In this document: positions 12,861-25,049 of the stretch, in pieces
Numbering within the stretch: position 1 is the stretch's first letter
Layout: each line of letters opens with the position of its first letter
Position numbers and translations under genes: made by a program
Assembly: GCA_030390025.1 (NCBI GenBank)
Contig: JASTWF010000356.1
Coordinates: 1-64,000 of the forward strand
Origin: Squalus acanthias
Lineage: Eukaryota
DNA: 64,000 nucleotides
Reading direction: 5' to 3'
The notes under the pieces: generated by a model
Told to the model about the DNA's origin: nothing
The model's database searches: none
What the model saw: the letters and a program-made list of their open reading frames with translations, nothing else

Positions 12861-14620
12861 ATTCACAGTGTATCCGGATCCTGCCAGGTGTGTATGGGGT
12901 TTCACAGTGTATCAGGATCCTGCCAGGTGTGTATGAGGTTTCACAGTGTATCCGGATCCTGCCAGGTGTGTATGGGGTTTCACAGTGTATCCGGATACTG
13001 CCAGGTGTGTATGGGGTTTCACAGTGTATCAGGATCCTGCCAGGTGTGTATGAGGTTTAACAGTGTATCCGGATCCTGCCAGGTGTGTATGGGGTTTCAC
13101 AGTGTATCAGGATCCTGACAGGTATGTATGGGGTTTCACATTGTATCAGGATCCTGCCAGGTGTGTATGGGGTTTCACAGTGTATCCGGATCCTGCCAGG
13201 TGTGTATGGGGATTCTCAGTGTATCAGGATCCTGCCAGGTGTGTATGGGGTTTCACAGTGCATCATGATCCTGCCAGATGTGTATGGGGTTTCACCGTGT
13301 ATCCGGTCCTGCCAGGTGTGTATGGTGTTTCACCGTGTATCAGGATCCAGCCAGGTGTGTATGGGGTTTCACAGTTTATCTGGATCCTGCCAGGTGTGTA
13401 TGGGGTTTCACAGTGTATCGGGATCATGCCAGGTGTATATGGGGTTTCACAGTGTATCAGGTTCCTGCCTGGTGTGTATGGGATTTCACAGTGTATCAGG
13501 ATCCCGCCAGGTGTTTATGGGGTTTCACAGTGTATCAGGATCCAGCCAGGTGTGTCTGGGGTTTCACAGTTTATCAGGATCCTGCCTGGTGTGTATGGGG
13601 TTTCACAGTGTATCAGGATCCTGCCAGGTGTGTATGGGGTTTCACAGTGCATCAGGATCCTGCCAGTGGTGTATGGTGTTTCAAAGTGTATCAGTATCCT
13701 GCCAGGTGTGTATGGGGTTTCGCAGTGTATCACGATCCTGCCAGGTATGTATGGGCTTTCACAGTGTCTAAAGATCCTGACATGTGTGTACGGGGTTTTG
13801 CGGTGTGTCGGGATCCTGCCAGGTATGTATGGGGGTTCCCAGTGTATCACGATCGTGCGAGGTTTGTAAGGGGCCTTCACAGTTTATCAGGATTCTGCCA
13901 GGTGTGCAAGTGGTTTCATAGTTTATTTGGATACAGACAGATGTGTAAGGAAGTTCTCAGTATATCAGGATCCTGCCAGTTGTGTATCGGGTTCCACAGA
14001 GTATCAGGAATCTGGCAGGTGCGTATTTGGTTTCACAATGTATCAGGATCCTGCGAGGTGTATATGGGGTTTCACAGTGTATCAGGATCCTGCCAGGTGT
14101 GTACGGGGTTTCACAATGTATCAGGATCCTGCGAGGTATGAATGGGGTTCCACAGTGTATCAGGAACCTCCCACATGTGTATGGGTTTGCACACTGTATC
14201 AGCATCCCGCCAGGTGTTTTATCGGGTTTCACTGTGTAATGGGATTGTGACGGTTGTGATTGGGGGTTCACAGTGTATATGGATTAAGTCAGGTGTGTAT
14301 GTGGTTTCACAGCGTGTCAGGATCCTGCCAGGTGTGTATGGGGTTTTACAGTGTATCATGATCCTGTCAGGTGTGTATGGGGTTTCACAGCGTGTCAGGA
14401 TCCTGCCAGGTATGTATGGGGTTTCACAGTGTATCGGGATGCTGCCAGTTGTGTATGGGGTTTCACAGCGTATCAGGATCCTGCCAGTTATGTATGGGGT
14501 TTCACAGTGTATCAGGATCATGCCAGTTATGTATACTGTTTCCCAATGTATCATGATCCTGGCAGGTGTGTATGGGGTTTCTCATTCTATCAGGATCCTG
14601 CCTGGTGTGTATGGGGCAAT
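12861..14620. repeat. 39-bp satellite array 3
   Basis: Same unit, with a degenerate patch around 13800-14280. Confidence 0.97.
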
Positions 14621-14868
14621 CCAGCATTTTCCTGATTTAGAGACTATTCTACAGGGAATATTGAAGAGGCGGTGATCATTGATGAATATAATGATTCTGT
14701 ACTAGAGTTTGCACAGTCCTGCAGCGTTTAATATTTTTAAATGACAGTTTTGTGTTTAATATTTTTGTTTGGTTCAATGTTAGCACTAAATTCGGTATTT
14801 AGTGAAAATTATATCTATCCACATAGACAATATAACGTTGCGATTAATACCTCGGATCTCTGGCGGTA

Positions 14869-15761
14869 GGGTTAAAAATTCAGTTGATTGCGCCTCCCGT
14901 TAGCGCCTTAAGAGGGCGCTAATGGGGCGCAAAGCCGCTAACGCCCGTGCGCAGCGATGTTTGCGCCGCTTGGGAACTTAACTAGACATTGTGCGGCGGC
15001 GCTAAAACTTACCGCTGCGACCACCTGCGCGCGCAGATTATGACATCATTCCATGGTGCAACGCCCTTGTGGCGCCCCGGAGCGGAAATTGAGTGGCGCC
15101 CCTGCCTTACCGCCTGGCGCATCCAACGACCAGAAGACTGGAACGCTATCAATCGCTGTGGGGCTGGGGGGGGGCGCTATTTAAAGGGGGCCTCTTCCTG
15201 TCTTTTATTGTTGGTGGCATTTTTGAACTACGCATTCTGAGAGAGAGAGGGAGAGACTTCTGGAGAGATTCAACGTTGTGTGAAGGAGTTTTGGGCAATG
15301 AGCAGCACTTTGCAGGTTCATTTTGATTTGCCATTCCTTGTATCGATTTAGCAGAGACTGTGGGAGCTGCACTCTGAGCTATTTGCCTGGTACTCTCCAT
15401 TGTTCTTTCCATCACATTTGATGTGCAAGTCTCTCCAGGCCGAGATTCAAGGCTGCAATGAACAGGATGTGGATGGAAAGTAAGATTAACCATCCCCTTT
15501 AAGAACTGGCCCGTGCCATTGTGTGTGTGTTCCATTGCTGACTGACATTACATGAGCTTCGCCAGCGCTCTGAGTTAGCGCCTCACTGCTCGGCCTTTGC
15601 GCCTTAAGACAGGTGTGCAGCGCCTGCTTTAGCGTTCCACTCACCTCCCGGGGCGGTAAAAGTGAAGTTTCCAGTCAGTGCCGATAATTAGCGCCAGGCG
15701 CTAATATTTGCGTCCAGACGATATTTGCGCCCCAAATGGGGCGCGACCTAATTTTTACCCC
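14869..15761 (-). mobile_element. MITE family 1, second copy, inverted relative to 9315-10203
   Basis: Reverse complement of the first copy along its length; TIRs gggttaaaaatt...aatttttacccc; flanks gta/tta. Confidence 0.88.
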
Positions 15762-15764
15762 TTA

Positions 15765-18700
15765 GAGTCATAACGGTTCAGCAGGTGACCATTCGGCCCA
15801 TCGAGTACGCACCAGCTCTCTGTGGAGCGATCCAATCAGTCCCAATCTCAACACTATCCAAGGAGCCCTGCACGTTTATTTCCCTCAAGTGACTATCCAG
15901 TCTCCCTTTGAAAACATTGATTGTCTCCGCTTCCATCACTTCCGTCAGCAGCGAATTCCAGGTCATCACCACTCGCTGCATAAAATGTTTTTCCTCACGT
16001 CCCCCCGTATCTCTTGGCCAAAACCTTAAATCTGTGTCACCTGGTCCTTCACCCGTCATCTAGTGGAAACAGCCTTTCCCCTTCTAGCCTATCCAAACCC
16101 GTCATAATCTTGTACACATCGATCAAATCACCCCTCAACCTCCTTTGCTCTAATGAGAACAATCCAGCTTCCACATCCTGTCCTTGTAGCTAAGAGCCTC
16201 TATTCCTGATTCCCTTCTGGTAAATCTCCTCTGCGCCCTCTCAAGAGCCGTCATATTCTTCCTAAACTTTGATGACCAGAACTGGACGCAATACTCCAGT
16301 TGTGGCCTAACCAGCGCTTTATATAGGTGCATCATAACTTCTCTAAATTGTACTCAATATCTCTATTTATGAAGCCTAAGATCTCATACGCTTTGCTTAC
16401 CACTCTCTCAATATGTCCTGTCACCTTTAGGGAACTATGCACATTAACTCCCAGATCCCTCTGTCCCTGCACACTCTATAAAACTGTGCCATTAAGTTTA
16501 TATTGCCTTTCCCTGTTCCTTCTGCCAAAATGCATCACCTCACACTTCTCTCTATTAAATTCCATCTTCCACTTGTCTGTACATGCTGCTAGACTTTCTA
16601 TGTCCCGTTGCAGTCGATTGATATCATCATCACTGTTTGCAACACCTCCACGTTTGTAGTCATCGGCAAGTTTAGAAATTCTTCTCTGTATTCCAAAATC
16701 CAGGTCATTTTTATGTATCAAATAAAGCAGTGGCCGAGAGTCCTTCTGGAACACCATTGCCGACCATCCTCCAGTCTGAACAATAGCCATTTACCACAAT
16801 GCGCTGAGTTCTCTCCTTGAACCAATTCCTTATCCAAGCTAACACTGACCCACCTATTCCATGAGCCTCAAATCTTACCCAGTCTTCTATGTGGTTCATT
16901 GTCAAAGCCTTCCCAAAATCCTTGTAGACAACATCCATTGCATCCTCTTCATCAATTCACTCTTACTTCATCAAAACATTAAATTAGATTTGTCAAACAC
17001 GATCTGCCTTTTACAAATCCTTGTTGGCACTACTTAATTAGCTTAAACCTCACCAAGTGTCCGTTCATTTTTTCCTTAATTATTTTTTCCAAAATGTTCC
17101 CACCACTGATGTCAAACTGATCGGCCTGTAGTTACTAGGATTGTCCTTACACCCTTTCTTGAACAATGGTGTCACATTTGCCACTTTCCAATCCTCAGGC
17201 ACCTCCCCCGCATCTAGGGATTTTGGAAAATTATGGCAAGCCCTTCCGCTATCTCCTCCCGCAATTCCATTAGTAACCAGGGATGCAAGTCATCTGGTAC
17301 AGGCGACCTTTCCACTCTAAGCATACCCAAACATTCTAGTACATCTTATCTATCAATTTTCACTCGTTCCCTTGCTTCTAACTTTTCCACTTCGACCGAT
17401 ATTTTGTCAGTATCCACCTCCTTAGTAAACACCGATACAAAAAATAATTGAGTATTCTCGCCTTGCCCTGCGCCTCCAAGCATGTATCACCCTTTATATC
17501 TCTGATAGGCCCCACCCGGCCTCTTAATTTCCACTTACTGTTTACATGCCGGTAGAAGATTTTGGGGTTCCCTTTCTTGTTCACCGCCATTCTACTCTCA
17601 TATTCTCTCTTTGCCAATCTTATTTTCATCTTCACATCCACTCTCAATTTACTGTATTTGGTCTGGTTCACCCTTGAAGAATTCATCTGACATGCATCAT
17701 AAACCCTCTTTTTTTGTTTCATCATCTTCTCTATCACCCTCGTCATTCAAGGAGCTCTTGCTTTGGTTATCTTACCCTTCCCTCTTCTTGGAATGTACCT
17801 AGCATGTACTTAGAACATCTCCTCCTTAAAGATCACCCATTGTTCCGTTACACTTTTTCCTGTCAGTCTTTGGTTCCATTTTACCCTGGCTAGATCCTTT
17901 CACATCCCATTGAAGTTAGCCCTAATCCAGTTCAGAAATTCAACTTTAGATTGTTCCTTGCTCCTCTCCATTGCTAATCTAAATCTTATGATATGATGAT
18001 CACTCGTACCCCAGTTTTCGCTCACAGACACTTGGTAGAACTGGCACCAGATCCAGCAATGCCTCCTTCCTAGTTGGGCCAAGAACATGTTGGTCAAGGA
18101 AACTCTCCTGAAAACAATTCAGAAATTCCTCCCCCTCCTTTCCATTTACTTTAGCATTATCCCAATCGAAATGATTTCACAAAGGAGAGGGGCGAAGCAG
18201 ACATTGCTATCGGGGGGGGGGGCGGTGGAGTGTGAAATATTAGATTAAATAAACAGAGTGAGAGAGGAAGTATTAAGGGGTTTAACAGCTATAATAGTGG
18301 ATAAATCCCCAGGCCCCGATGAAATGTATCCCAGGCTGTTAAGCGAAGCAAAAGAGGAAATAGCAGAAGCCCTGACCATCATTTTTCAATCCTCTCTGGC
18401 TTCAGGTGTGGTGCCGGAGGACTGGAGGACTGCTAATGTGGTAACCTTGTTTGAAAAGGGAGAAAGGGATAGACCGAATAATTACAGGCCAGTCAGCCTA
18501 AACTCGGTGGTGTGAAGATTATTGGAAAGAATTCTGAAGGACAGGATAAATCTTCATTTAGAAAGACACGGATTCATCAAGGACAGTCAGGATTTGTTGA
18601 GGGAAGGTCGTGTCTGACAAACTTGATTGCATTTTTTGAGGAGGTAACAAGGAGGGTAGATGAGGGTAGTGCGTTTGATGCAGTGTATATGGACTTTAGC

Positions 18701-19900
18701 AAGGCTTTGGATAAGGTTCCACATGGCAGACTGGTCACGAAGTTAAAAGCCCATGGGATCCAGGGCAAAGTGTCAATTTGGATTCAAAACTGGCTCGGAG
18801 ACATGAATCAGAGGGTAATGGGTGTTTTTGTGACTGGAAGGTTGCTTCCAATGGGGTTCCGCAGGGCTCAGTACTGGGTCCCTTGCTTCTTATGGTATAT
18901 ATCAACGATCTTGACATGAATATAGTGGGTATGATTATGAATTTTGTAGATGATACTAAAATCGGCTGAGTGGTTGATACTAAAAAAGGAAACTGTGGAT
19001 TGCAGGAAGATATCAATAAATTGGTCAGGTGGTTATAAAGGACTAGTTAGGCCTCAGCTAGAGTACTGCGTGAAGTTCTGGTCACCACATTACAGGAAAG
19101 ATGTGATTGCACTAGAGTGGGTGCAGAGGAGATTTACAAGGATGTTGCCGGGAGTAGGGAATCTTAGCTATGAGGAAAGACTGGATAGGCTGGGGCTGTT
19201 TAACTTGGAACAGAGGAGGCTGAGGAGAGACCTTATTGAGGTGTATAAAATTATGAGTGGCATATATAAAGTGGATAGAAAGGACCTATTTCACTTAGCA
19301 GAGGGGTCAAAAATCAGGGGGCAAAGATTTAAATAATTGGCGGAAGGGTTAGAGGGGATTTGAGGGGAACATTCTTCACCCAGAGGGTTGTGGGGGTCTG
19401 GAACTCCCTGCCTGAAAGGGTTGTAAAGGCAGGAACCCGAACCACATTTAAAAAGTACTTGAATGTGCACTTGGGATGCTGTTAGCTGCAGGGCTATGGA
19501 CCAAGAGCTGGGAAGTGGGATTAGGCTAGATAGCTCTTTGTTGGCCGTCGCGGACACGATGGGACGAAATGGCCTCTCTTTCCGTTCTGTAACTTTCTAT
19601 GATTCTATTCTATGATATTTGGGCAATTAAAGTCACCCAATATCATCACTCGATAGCTCTTGCACTTCTCTTGGATTGGCCTGTAGATTTGCTCCTCTAA
19701 CTCCCTGTCACTATTTGAAGGCCTATAGAATAACTCCAATAGCGTGATCATACCCTTTTTGCTCCTTAACTTTAACAAAATGGATTCTGTCCTTGTCCCG
19801 TCAAGAACATCCTCCCTTTCCGACACTACAATGTCTTCCTTAATCAGCACTGTCGTCCCACCTCCCTTTTTTCCTTCCCTATCTTTTCTGAACATTTTGT
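15765..19900 (-). mobile_element. CR1 LINE (endonuclease to 3' tail), decayed, split by a plus-strand CR1
   Basis: Minus ORFs LVRPQLEYCVQFW, ISKLADD, GTSDHHIIRF, ILGDFNCPNI; pieces ending ~18170 and resuming ~19610 look contiguous. Confidence 0.9.
18170..19606 (+). mobile_element. CR1 LINE RT fragment with 3' tail, nested insertion
   Basis: KSPGPD, NYRPVSL, DFSKALDKVPH, GVPQGSVLGP, FVDD; tail ttctatgattctattctatg. Confidence 0.92.
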
Positions 19901-20439
19901 CTGTGTGTTCATGGAGATGTGTCCTGGTTGTTGCTTCTGATTGAATATATTAACCATATCTCTCATGGTGTCAGCAACTGACTAATGAGCAATGTTGGAG
20001 GTGAGGACATTTGCCACTGTTCCACTAATATTAACACAAATGTATAATGTACTGAATGATGTAACTTTAAACAGTGAGATGAAGCAGTGCAATTATTTTT
20101 GGAATATCTTCGTGGTCTTACAATTTCAGAAATAGCCATAAATATACAAGTGGTAGATTTGCCTGCTGTTTTTCAATCTCAATTATTCACTTGTGCGCGT
20201 GTCTCGCTCTGTGTTGGCCCAAGCACTTGGGTCCAATCAAACTATCAGTCAGCGTCCTTTCCTTTCCCCATTGAGGAAATGTAAAAGTGATTTAGTCTCG
20301 GATCAGGAATTTCTCCACACAATAGTTGAATTGTTACACTGGCATTATTTTTGAACTAATTATGTGACTTTGAAAAATGCAGTTACCAGCTATTTTAATC
20401 ATAGCGACAGGAATAAAATAAACACACAACAAAAACCAT

Positions 20440-22560
20440 TTGCACAGCCCCGATCCCCACTGACCCAGTCCCAAACCCCACTTACCCAGCCCCACACCCC
20501 ACTGACCAGCCCTACACCCCACTAACCAGCCCTACACCCCACAGACCCAGCCCACACCCCACTGACACAGCACCACACCTCACTGACCAAGCCGCGCACC
20601 ACACAGACGCAGGCCACACTTCACTGAAACAGCTCCACACCCCACTGGCCAGCCGTACACCACACTGACAAAGCCCCAGACGCCACTGACCCAGCCCCTC
20701 ACCCCACACTGACCCAGACCCGCACCCCACTGACCCAGCCCCACACTCCACTGACCCAGCCCCAAACCCCATTGACCCTGCCCCACACCCCACTGACCCA
20801 GCCCCACACCCCACTGACCCAGCCACACACCCCACTGACCCAACACCACACCCCACTGACCCAGCCCCAAACCCCACTGACACAACCACGCACCCCATTG
20901 ACACCGTCCCACAACCCACTGAAACAGCCCCACGCCCCACTGACCCAGTCCCACACCCCACTGAACCAGATCCACACCCCACTGAACCAGCCCCACACCC
21001 ACTGACCAGCCGCACAACCCATTGACACAGTCCCACACCCAGTTGACCCAGCCCTACAATCCACTGACCCAGCCCCAAACCCCACTGACCCAGCCCCACA
21101 CCCAAGTGACCCAGCCCCGCACCCCACTGACACAGCCCAACACCCCACTGACCCAGTCCCACACCCCATTGACCCAACCCCATTCGCAACTGACCCAACC
21201 CCACAGCTCACTGTCCCAGCCCCACAACCCACTCACACAGCCCACACCCCACTGAACCAGCCCCACACCCCACTGACACAGCCCCACACCCCATGACACA
21301 GCCCCACCCGCACTGACACAGCCCCACACCCCACTGACCCAGCCCCACACCCCACTGACACAGATCCACAACCCGCTGACCCTGCTTCACACCCCACTGA
21401 CCAGCCCAACACCACACTGACAAAGCCCCACACGCCACTGACCCAGTCCCACACTGACCCAGACCCACACCCCACTGACCCAGCCCCACACCCCACTGAC
21501 CCAGACCCAAACCCCACTGACCTTGCCCCACACCACACTGACCCAGCCCCACACCCCACTGACCCAGCCCCACACCCCACTAACCCAGCACCACACCCCA
21601 CTGACCCAGCCCCAAACCCCACTGACACAACCACGCACCCCATTGACCCCGTCCTACAACCCACTGAAACAGCCCCACACCCCACTGACCCAGACCCACA
21701 CCCCACTGACCCAGCCCCACACCCACAGACCAGCCGCACACCCCATTGACACAGTCCCACACCACGTTGACCCAGCCCCACAACCCACTGACCCAGCCCC
21801 ACACCCCACTGACCCAGCACCACACCCACTGACCCAGCCCGAACCCCACTGACCCAGCCCAACACCCCACTGACACAGTCCCACACCCCACTGACCCAAC
21901 CCCATACGCTACCGAACCAGCCACACAGCTCACTGACTCAGCCCCACAACCCACTCACACAGCCCACACCCCACTGACCCAGCCCCACACCCCACTGACA
22001 CAGATCCACACCCCAATGACCCAGCCCCACATCTCACTGACCCAGCCCACACTCAAATGAGCCAGCCCACACACCACTAACCCAGTCCCACACCCCACTG
22101 ACCCAGCCCCAAACCCCACTGACTCAGTCCCACACCCCAATGACCCAGCCCCACATCCCACTGACCCAGCCCCGCACTCAACTGAGCCAGCCCCACACCC
22201 CACTGACCCAGCCCCACACCCCACTGACCCAGCCCCATACAACACTGACCCAGCACCGCACCCCACTGACCCAGGCCCACACCCCACTGACCCATCCCTA
22301 CACCCCACTGAACCAGCCCTGCACCACACTGACCCATTCCCACAACCCACTAACCCAGGCCCCCAAACCAATGACCCAGCCCCACACCCCACTGACCGAG
22401 CCCCACACTCCACTGACCCAGCCCCACACCCACACCTCACTGACCCAGCCCCACACCCCACTGACCCAGCCCCACATCTCACTGACCCAGCCCCACACCT
22501 CACTGACCCGGGACCACAACGATACCCAACTGACCCAGACCCGCACCCAAACGCCAATTA
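20440..22560. repeat. 21-bp C-rich/G-rich minisatellite array
   Basis: About 100 units of actgacccagccccacacccc; TQPHTPL and GLGQWGV periodic translations. Confidence 0.97.
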
Positions 22561-23634
22561 CGCAGCCCTACCACAACCTTCCTCAACTCTTTAATTGTAA
22601 TTAAGAAGGGACAAAAGAAAAGAGCAATGGAACGAAACAAGTGACGAGGAAGAATATCGAGTCTCCGAATCTCGCTGCCATTATTGGAGCCAGCTCTGTG
22701 TATCGGTGCATTGCTGCAGTTCAAGTTCATGGCAGCAACGTCTGTAGGGCGGAATTCTACAATTCCCATCAAATACGTGTACAAGTTTTGGCCTGTACAC
22801 AAACAATGCTGAGAGGAATTGCTGAGCGCCGGCGGCCATAGGCTTGGGCGCTAAATCAGCGCCAAGGAGAGGGTTGTACTCGCCTGACTCACTCTTTACT
22901 GATTTATATAACAAGACCATTCTTGGGGAAGGAATGCGATCCCTAATCCTGGCCACATCAAGTTGACACCTGAATCCAGCGCTCTTAAAACGTAAAATCT
23001 GTAATTGAAACCTACCCTGATTTGGATTCCACTCAAAAATACTATAAACAGGTAAAGTTGCAAGTCTTAACTCTTTAATCTCCATAGATACAAGCGGGGC
23101 GCTCGGTGTGTTGCATTTCAAATATATTTCAGAATATTTATTCCCCCTTCCCATCTCGATGATATCAAATTCACCCCCTGGAATTCTGCAGAATGTGGAA
23201 AAGATGGAACTCAGCCTTGAATAGAAAGAATAACGAACTAAAGAATGGAAAAACATGTTTTAAACAGTAACTGAAATCTTCCATTGCTGAATCACTCTGA
23301 CACAAACAAAAGTTATGGACCACGCTTATCAAATATTATCATTGCCCTTTGAGGCAATGATCAGTATCACCGATCTTCTTTATGTTTTTCTGCAACACTC
23401 AGTCGGGTCGAATTCTCCAACATTCTAAATCATTGAGCGTTAAAAAAGGAATGAAAAAAAAATCATCAAATACCAACCAAAAACATTTCATCTTCCACAA
23501 GTGCACTTGCAGGAGTTAAATCCCCTGAAAATGAGGGAGGGCAGTGTTAACCCTCACCTACAGTCCTGTTTGGTACTGGGGGAAATTTGATTTAGATTTC
23601 CTCTGTGGATTTTCGGGAGTCGGTACTTCAGGCC

Positions 23635-23768
23635 ATAACATACAAGCCTACCGACCAAGAGCTGGAAACTGGGATTAGAATTGACAGGGCTTGATAGCCG
23701 GCGGGGACACGATGGGCCGAAGGGCCTCTTTCTGTGCTATAGAACTCTACGACTCTATGACTATGACC
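23635..23768 (+). mobile_element. CR1 3' tail fragment
   Basis: Similar to 19495-19605; ends ctctatgactatgac. Confidence 0.75.
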
Positions 23769-23819
23769 GGGACTGAGGAGCCTCCAATTCTGTCAATTAC
23801 AATTCACTTTCAGAAGGCG

Positions 23820-24650
23820 ATCAGTGCCCGGCTACAACTGTTTATGCGGAAGTGAATCAGTATTCAGGTAATGATCCAGTTTGAGCAGTTTCAGTTCCCG
23901 GATAATGATTCTCATTGCGAGGGTTATTACCGAGGTAATGACCATCTTTAAGAGTGGTAATACGGAAGTAATGATTTTGTGTGGGAGCAATCACTGGACT
24001 GAATATGGTCAATGCACAGGTAATATTAGCTTTTTGAAGACTCAGTATCCAGGAATGATTCTGTATGGGGTGGATTGATGCCCAGGTAATGATTCTGATT
24101 AAGAAGGTTCAGTGCCCAGGTAATGTTTCTGTTTGGGAGGGGCAACTTGCAGCGAATAATTCCATTTGGGGGCGGTCTGTTCAGAGAAAATTATTCTATT
24201 TGGGATGGTTCATTAAACAGGTAATGATTCTTATTCAAATTAGTCGGTGCCCAGGTTATGATTCTGTTTGAGAGAGATCAGTGCTCAGGAAATGATTCTG
24301 ATTGTGAAGAGTCAGTACTCAGTTAATGATTATGTTTGGTAGGATTCAGTGCCCAGGCAATGATTCTGTTTGGGAGGAGTCAGTATCCAGTTAAGGATTC
24401 TGTTTTGGAGGAGTCAGTGCCCAGGTAATGATTCAGTTTGGGAGGGGTCAGTGCCCAGGTAATGATTATGTTTGGGAGGAGTCCGTGCCTAGGTAATGAT
24501 TCTGTTTGGGAATAGCCAGTGCCCTGGTAATGATTCAGTTTGGGTGGGGTCAGTGCCAGGTAATGATTCTGTTTGGAAGTGGTCAGTGTCCAGGTAATGA
24601 TTCTGTTTGGGAGGGGTCAGTGCCCAGGTAATTATTCTGTTTGGGAGGGG
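23820..24650. repeat. 34-bp satellite (GGGAGGGGTCAGTGCCCAGGTAATGATTCTGTTT)
   Basis: Tandem units, degenerate on the left and homogeneous next to the ERV LTR. Confidence 0.9.
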
Positions 24651-25043
24651 TGTCACGGAAATTAACTTTCTGACGGAGACTTCGAGGTTCGCTTTCGGAA
24701 TTTATTTCATGATATCACGGAGAGTCTGCAGCAGTCCCTACTGCTCACCAGCACTCTAAATTACTATTGTACAGCGCTCATAGTTATACAGCAATGTAAA
24801 CAACTTCATGCGATTGGCTTACCTTACATTTCAACGTATGGTTTCATAGGTTCCATTGTTTCTTAAAATGTGAACATCTTAATCTGTTTCTTATCACCAG
24901 ATGTCCTAAGCCAAAAAGTCAGCTTGACTTTATTATGGCAGTCAGCTGTTCTTTTAGTCTTAACTAGTTTAGGGACCTTTGTTCAATTAGTAAAGTGGTC
25001 AAGTATCCCAGCATGCCTTAATGTTGAAACGTTTTCTCCCACA
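24651..25043 (-). repeat. ERV 3' LTR
   Basis: Direct repeat of 33671-34064; minus strand TGTGGGAG...GTGACA; AATAAA near 24712; preceded by purine-rich AATGAGGGAAT. Confidence 0.95.
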
Positions 25044-25049
25044 ATTCCC

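Noticed and set aside
2388..14620. CRISPR-like regular repeats
   Set aside because: Units are contiguous with no unique spacers, there are no cas genes and the context is vertebrate
2388..14620. Immunoglobulin or TCR locus suggested by CACAGTG heptamers
   Set aside because: No nonamers and no V, J or C segment motifs seen in any frame
2352..14675. Long Cys/Gly-rich ORFs, up to 622 aa at 6733-8601
   Set aside because: They are translations of the 39-bp satellite, open in several frames and both strands because the unit is a multiple of 3 with few stops
20512..22604. Keratin-associated or mucin-like Gly/Cys and Pro/Thr ORFs
   Set aside because: Products of the 21-bp minisatellite, open in many frames and frameshifting freely
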